Shown here in pieces: positions 31,815-34,367 of a DNA stretch of 34,367 nucleotides (its first letter is position 1; each line of letters begins with the position of its first letter). Source of the stretch: Actinomycetes bacterium (GTDB lineage: Bacteria; Actinomycetota; Actinomycetes; JACCUZ01); NCBI GenBank assembly GCA_050742955.1, contig JBOGDY010000002.1:1-34367 (forward strand), read 5' to 3'. The notes beneath the pieces were generated by a model. That model did no database searches, was not told where the DNA came from, and was given only the letters and a program-made list of their open reading frames with translations. Both the position numbers and the translations under genes were made by a program.

Positions 31815-31831
31815 TGACGGTCTAACCATTG
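31815..31831 (-). promoter_or_regulatory. AATGGT-type box (minus strand CAATGGTTAGACCGTCA) overlapping the dehydrogenase stop codon, upstream of the cupin-ABC genes
   Basis: It matches about 10 of 14 specified positions of the dyad family. It shares CCAATGGT..TTAG with the box at 13855-13872. Confidence 0.35.
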
Positions 31832-32703
31832 GCACGATTCGCTACTTTTCCGTAATCCGGGCCGGACGTCAACAGGTCATGCAGTGACGGCACCGTCACG
31901 CTCTGCATCACGGCCTGCGACATCCGCGCGACGGGGGTGTCCAGGCCGACCTGCTCGGCCATGACCAAGGCGTTGGCCAGGTCCTTGGCGTGCCAGGTGA
32001 GGCGCATCTGCTCGAGCTCGCGCAACGTCCGGCTGGCGACCGGCGAGTCGAGCAGGGCGCGCCGCAGGTCGGGGATCGACAGGCCATGTCGTCGACCCAG
32101 CTCGAGCGCCTCGCTGATCGCGGAGATCTGCGCCCAGTGCAGGAGGTTGTTGACGGTCTTCGCGACCTGGCCGGCCCCGAGCGGCCCCAGGTGGTGCACC
32201 GTCGCAGTCCACGGGTCGAGGGCCCACCGAGCCCGTTCCAGACCGGCCTCGTCTCCCCCGACGAGCAGGTTGACGGCGCCGGACTCGGCGCCACGGACCC
32301 CGCCGGTGAGCGCCGTGTCCAGGACGTGGACGGTCGGCGCGGCCGCTGCGATGTCCCGGCAGGTCTCGGGGAGCACCGAGCTGCAGATGCACAGCACGCC
32401 ACCGTCCGACATGGCCGCTGCGAGGCCGCCGTCCAGACCGATGGCGCGGACATCGGCATCCGATGCCACCGTGAGCAGCACCACGTCCGCCGCCGCGGCA
32501 GCCGCGAGATCAGCGGGCACGCCGCCGGCGTCGGCGCCGGCCCGCACCAGCGACTGGTCCAGGTCGACGAGCAGCGGTCGCAGGCCGGCCACCGCGAGGT
32601 GTCGCGCGATGGGCCTACCCATCGCGCCGAGCCCCACGACCGCCACCCGGCGCCCGACCATCCGATCGCCAGGTCGCCCGTTCTCGGTCGCGTCCGCCTG
32701 CAT
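31822..32703 (-). CDS. NAD(P)-dependent beta-hydroxyacid dehydrogenase (3-hydroxyisobutyrate / tartronate-semialdehyde reductase family)
   Basis: 293 aa from ATG 32703 (SD GGAGG). VAVVGLGAMGRPIARHL dinucleotide fold, and LGAGQVAKTVNNLL with the catalytic Lys block. The 678-aa ORF-track extension is antisense to the MFS gene and therefore spurious. Confidence 0.85.
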   Translation of the reverse strand: MQADATENGRPGDRMVGRRVAVVGLGAMGRPIARHLAVAGLRPLLVDLDQSLVRAGADAGGVPADLAAAAAADVVLLTVASDADVRAIGLDGGLAAAMSDGGVLCICSSVLPETCRDIAAAAPTVHVLDTALTGGVRGAESGAVNLLVGGDEAGLERARWALDPWTATVHHLGPLGAGQVAKTVNNLLHWAQISAISEALELGRRHGLSIPDLRRALLDSPVASRTLRELEQMRLTWHAKDLANALVMAEQVGLDTPVARMSQAVMQSVTVPSLHDLLTSGPDYGKVANRANG

Positions 32704-32744
32704 GAGAGCCTCCTGCCCGAGTGGAGCCGTTTCCAGCCTTCGGG

Positions 32745-32761
32745 GAAAGGTAATACCATTC
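32745..32761. promoter_or_regulatory. best copy of the 17-bp dyad GAAAGGTAATACCATTC (putative operator)
   Basis: 7 of 8 arm positions are self-complementary. It is centred in the 81-bp divergent gap between the dehydrogenase-cupin-ABC operon and the MFS gene. Confidence 0.5.
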
Positions 32762-32784
32762 ACCGAGTCGGTCGAGGGGGTCGC

Positions 32785-34020
32785 GTGCGCGAGGGTCAGC
32801 GGTCGGTCGCGCACTGGTGGGGGCGCACGTTTCGATCTCTCGCTGTCCCGAACTACCGCAGCTACTTCGCGGGGCAGGCGGTCAGCGTCATCGGGATCTG
32901 GATGCAGCGCGTCGCCCAGGACTGGCTGGTGCTCGAGATCTCCGACTCTGCGGTCGCGGTCGGCGTTGCGATGGCCTTGCAGTTCCTGCCGACGCTGGTG
33001 CTCGGCATCTACGGGGGCGTGCTGGTCGACCGGGTCGACCGGCGTCGCGCCATCATTGCCACGCAGTCGGTCAGCGCGGTCCTCGCGGCCGTGCTCGCGG
33101 CGGTGACGCTGACGGACGTCGTGACGTTGTGGATGATCTACGCGCTCGCGCTGACTCTCGGGTTCGTCACCGTGGTGGATGTTCCGGCCCGCCATGCATT
33201 CGTGACCGAGATGGTCGAACCAGCCGACTACGTCAACGCGCAGGCTCTCAACTCGACCATCCACAACGCGGGTCGCCTGGTGGGGCCGGCGATCGCCGGG
33301 ATCCTCATCGCGAGCGTCGGCGCAGGGCTCGTGTTCGCGGTGAACGCGCTGTCCTTCCTGGCGGTGCTGGCGGGCCTCCTGCGCATCGATACGAGGCGGT
33401 TGCGGCGGGCGCCTCCGATGGCTCGCTCGCGCGGCCAGGCCATGGCAGGGCTGCGCTATGTCTGGTCCCACGACGAGCTGCGCGCCTGCATGCTGCTCGT
33501 CGCCGTCGTGGCACTCCTGGGGCAGAACTTCCGCGTCGTACTGCCTCTTCTGGCGCGCGAGACCTTCGACGGCGGCGCCGAGATCTACGGCTGGCTGACG
33601 TCGGCGCTCGGTGCCGGCGCGGTGCTCGGGGCCCTGGCCAGCGCCGCGCGACAGACCGCCACCGCCTGGTCGTTGCTCCTGTGGACCTTCGCCTTCGCGG
33701 CGGCCAACGGGGTCGCGGCCTTCTCGCCGGCCCTCGCCGTGGCGCTGATGGCGATGGTCGCGCTCGGCGTGGCCAACATCTGCTTCAACACCCTCGCCCG
33801 GACCATGCTGCAGCTCGGCACGGAACCGTCCATGCAGGGGCGGGTGAGCGCGCTGCACTCGATGGTGTTCCTCGGGAGCACCCCGATCGGCGGACCGGCG
33901 CTCGGCTGGGTCTGCGAAGCGTGGGGGCCACGGGCCGGCCTGGGGGTCGCGTCGCTGACCACCGGCCTCGCCGCTCTGGCCGTACTTCCCCGGCTGCGTG
34001 CGTTGCGGCTCCCCTCCTGA
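32785..34020 (+). CDS. MFS transporter, MFS_3/EntS-like family
   Basis: 411 aa from GTG 32785. NYRSYFAGQAVSVIG, GGVLVDRVDRRRAI. Paralogous to 24481-25767. Confidence 0.85.
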   Translation: MREGQRSVAHWWGRTFRSLAVPNYRSYFAGQAVSVIGIWMQRVAQDWLVLEISDSAVAVGVAMALQFLPTLVLGIYGGVLVDRVDRRRAIIATQSVSAVLAAVLAAVTLTDVVTLWMIYALALTLGFVTVVDVPARHAFVTEMVEPADYVNAQALNSTIHNAGRLVGPAIAGILIASVGAGLVFAVNALSFLAVLAGLLRIDTRRLRRAPPMARSRGQAMAGLRYVWSHDELRACMLLVAVVALLGQNFRVVLPLLARETFDGGAEIYGWLTSALGAGAVLGALASAARQTATAWSLLLWTFAFAAANGVAAFSPALAVALMAMVALGVANICFNTLARTMLQLGTEPSMQGRVSALHSMVFLGSTPIGGPALGWVCEAWGPRAGLGVASLTTGLAALAVLPRLRALRLPS

Positions 34021-34059
34021 CGGCCCACGGCGCGGTGCGGCGTGACACGGCGGTGCTGG

Positions 34060-34367
34060 TCAGAGCGCCAGGCCGGCGTGCTCGAGGCGGGCGACGTTGT
34101 GCCGCCAGACGAGGTCGTCGTTGAACGAGGCACCGAGGTCGGGCAGCTCGGCCAGGTCCTCCGAAGGGAGGTCGGGCGGGGTCACGCCCAGACCGGCCAC
34201 GTCGACACACACGCGGGCGAGCACGTCCAGAGTCAGCGCACGGACGACCGCCTGAGCAACGGTCGCACCGAGCGTGGTCACGCCGTGCCCCCGGAGCACG
34301 CAGACCGAGGCCGTGCCCATCGCCGCGACCATCTCCCTGCCCAGGTCCGGGCGTCGGATGAGAATCG
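34060..34367 (-). CDS. class II aldolase/adducin-family protein, C-terminal ~100 codons only (gene continues past the right edge)
   Basis: ...ILIRRPDLGREMVAAMGTASVCVLRGHGVTTLGATVAQAVVRALTLD. The RGHG...G block is typical of the AraD/FucA-like fold. Confidence 0.65.
   Translation of the reverse strand, partial: ILIRRPDLGREMVAAMGTASVCVLRGHGVTTLGATVAQAVVRALTLDVLARVCVDVAGLGVTPPDLPSEDLAELPDLGASFNDDLVWRHNVARLEHAGLAL

Noticed and set aside
1-34367. A search for tRNA/rRNA genes, CRISPR repeats, IS elements, integrases and long direct or inverted repeats marking a mobile island.
   Set aside because: None was found by eye. The only repeated DNA is the short operator-like boxes and the diverged paralog pairs (SBPs, ThDP enzymes, PhtD-like, MFS_3, cupins).

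Overview
High-GC (about 70%) Actinomycetota-type chromosomal segment. It is densely packed with 34 CDS on both strands, many joined by 1-4 nt start/stop overlaps. I found no rRNA, tRNA, CRISPR array, IS/transposase or integrase, and no recognisable transcription factor. The content is an aromatic-acid catabolic supercluster. (i) pcaH-pcaG-pcaB-pcaD(L) beta-ketoadipate genes lie at the left edge. (ii) A divergent putidaredoxin-type ferredoxin and FAD reductase follow. (iii) A minus-strand operon encodes Zn-ADH, ligK, ligJ and a 4,5-dihydroxyphthalate-decarboxylase-like protein, opposite a second PhtD-like paralog plus an Mtb-type rpiB. (iv) A phthalate-family Rieske oxygenase operon carries three odd passengers: an orphan 174-aa protein, a PanB-like protein and a Cys-nucleophile alpha/beta hydrolase. 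(v) Two bicupins, an MFS gene and an ICMT-like methyltransferase come next. (vi) The most unusual part is a translationally coupled six-gene operon (16877-24476). It encodes a gentisate-dioxygenase-type bicupin, a Pch2/TRIP13-like AAA+ ATPase with no N-terminal domain, two colinear 588-aa ThDP-enzyme paralogs, an aldehyde dehydrogenase and a Cys-less (EntB/PhzD-type) isochorismatase-like hydrolase. I know of no described pathway with this composition. (vii) A long minus-strand operon encodes a HIBADH-type dehydrogenase, a monocupin, two tandem lipoprotein SBPs, a fused ABC permease, an ATPase and an MFS protein. (viii) Another MFS gene and a truncated class II aldolase gene lie at the right edge. 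A conserved AT-rich dyad (GAAnGGTAnTACCnTTC and AATGGT-containing variants) recurs in almost every promoter-bearing intergenic gap. This suggests one regulon whose regulator lies outside the window. All functional calls come from reading the translations against remembered family motifs; no database search was possible.
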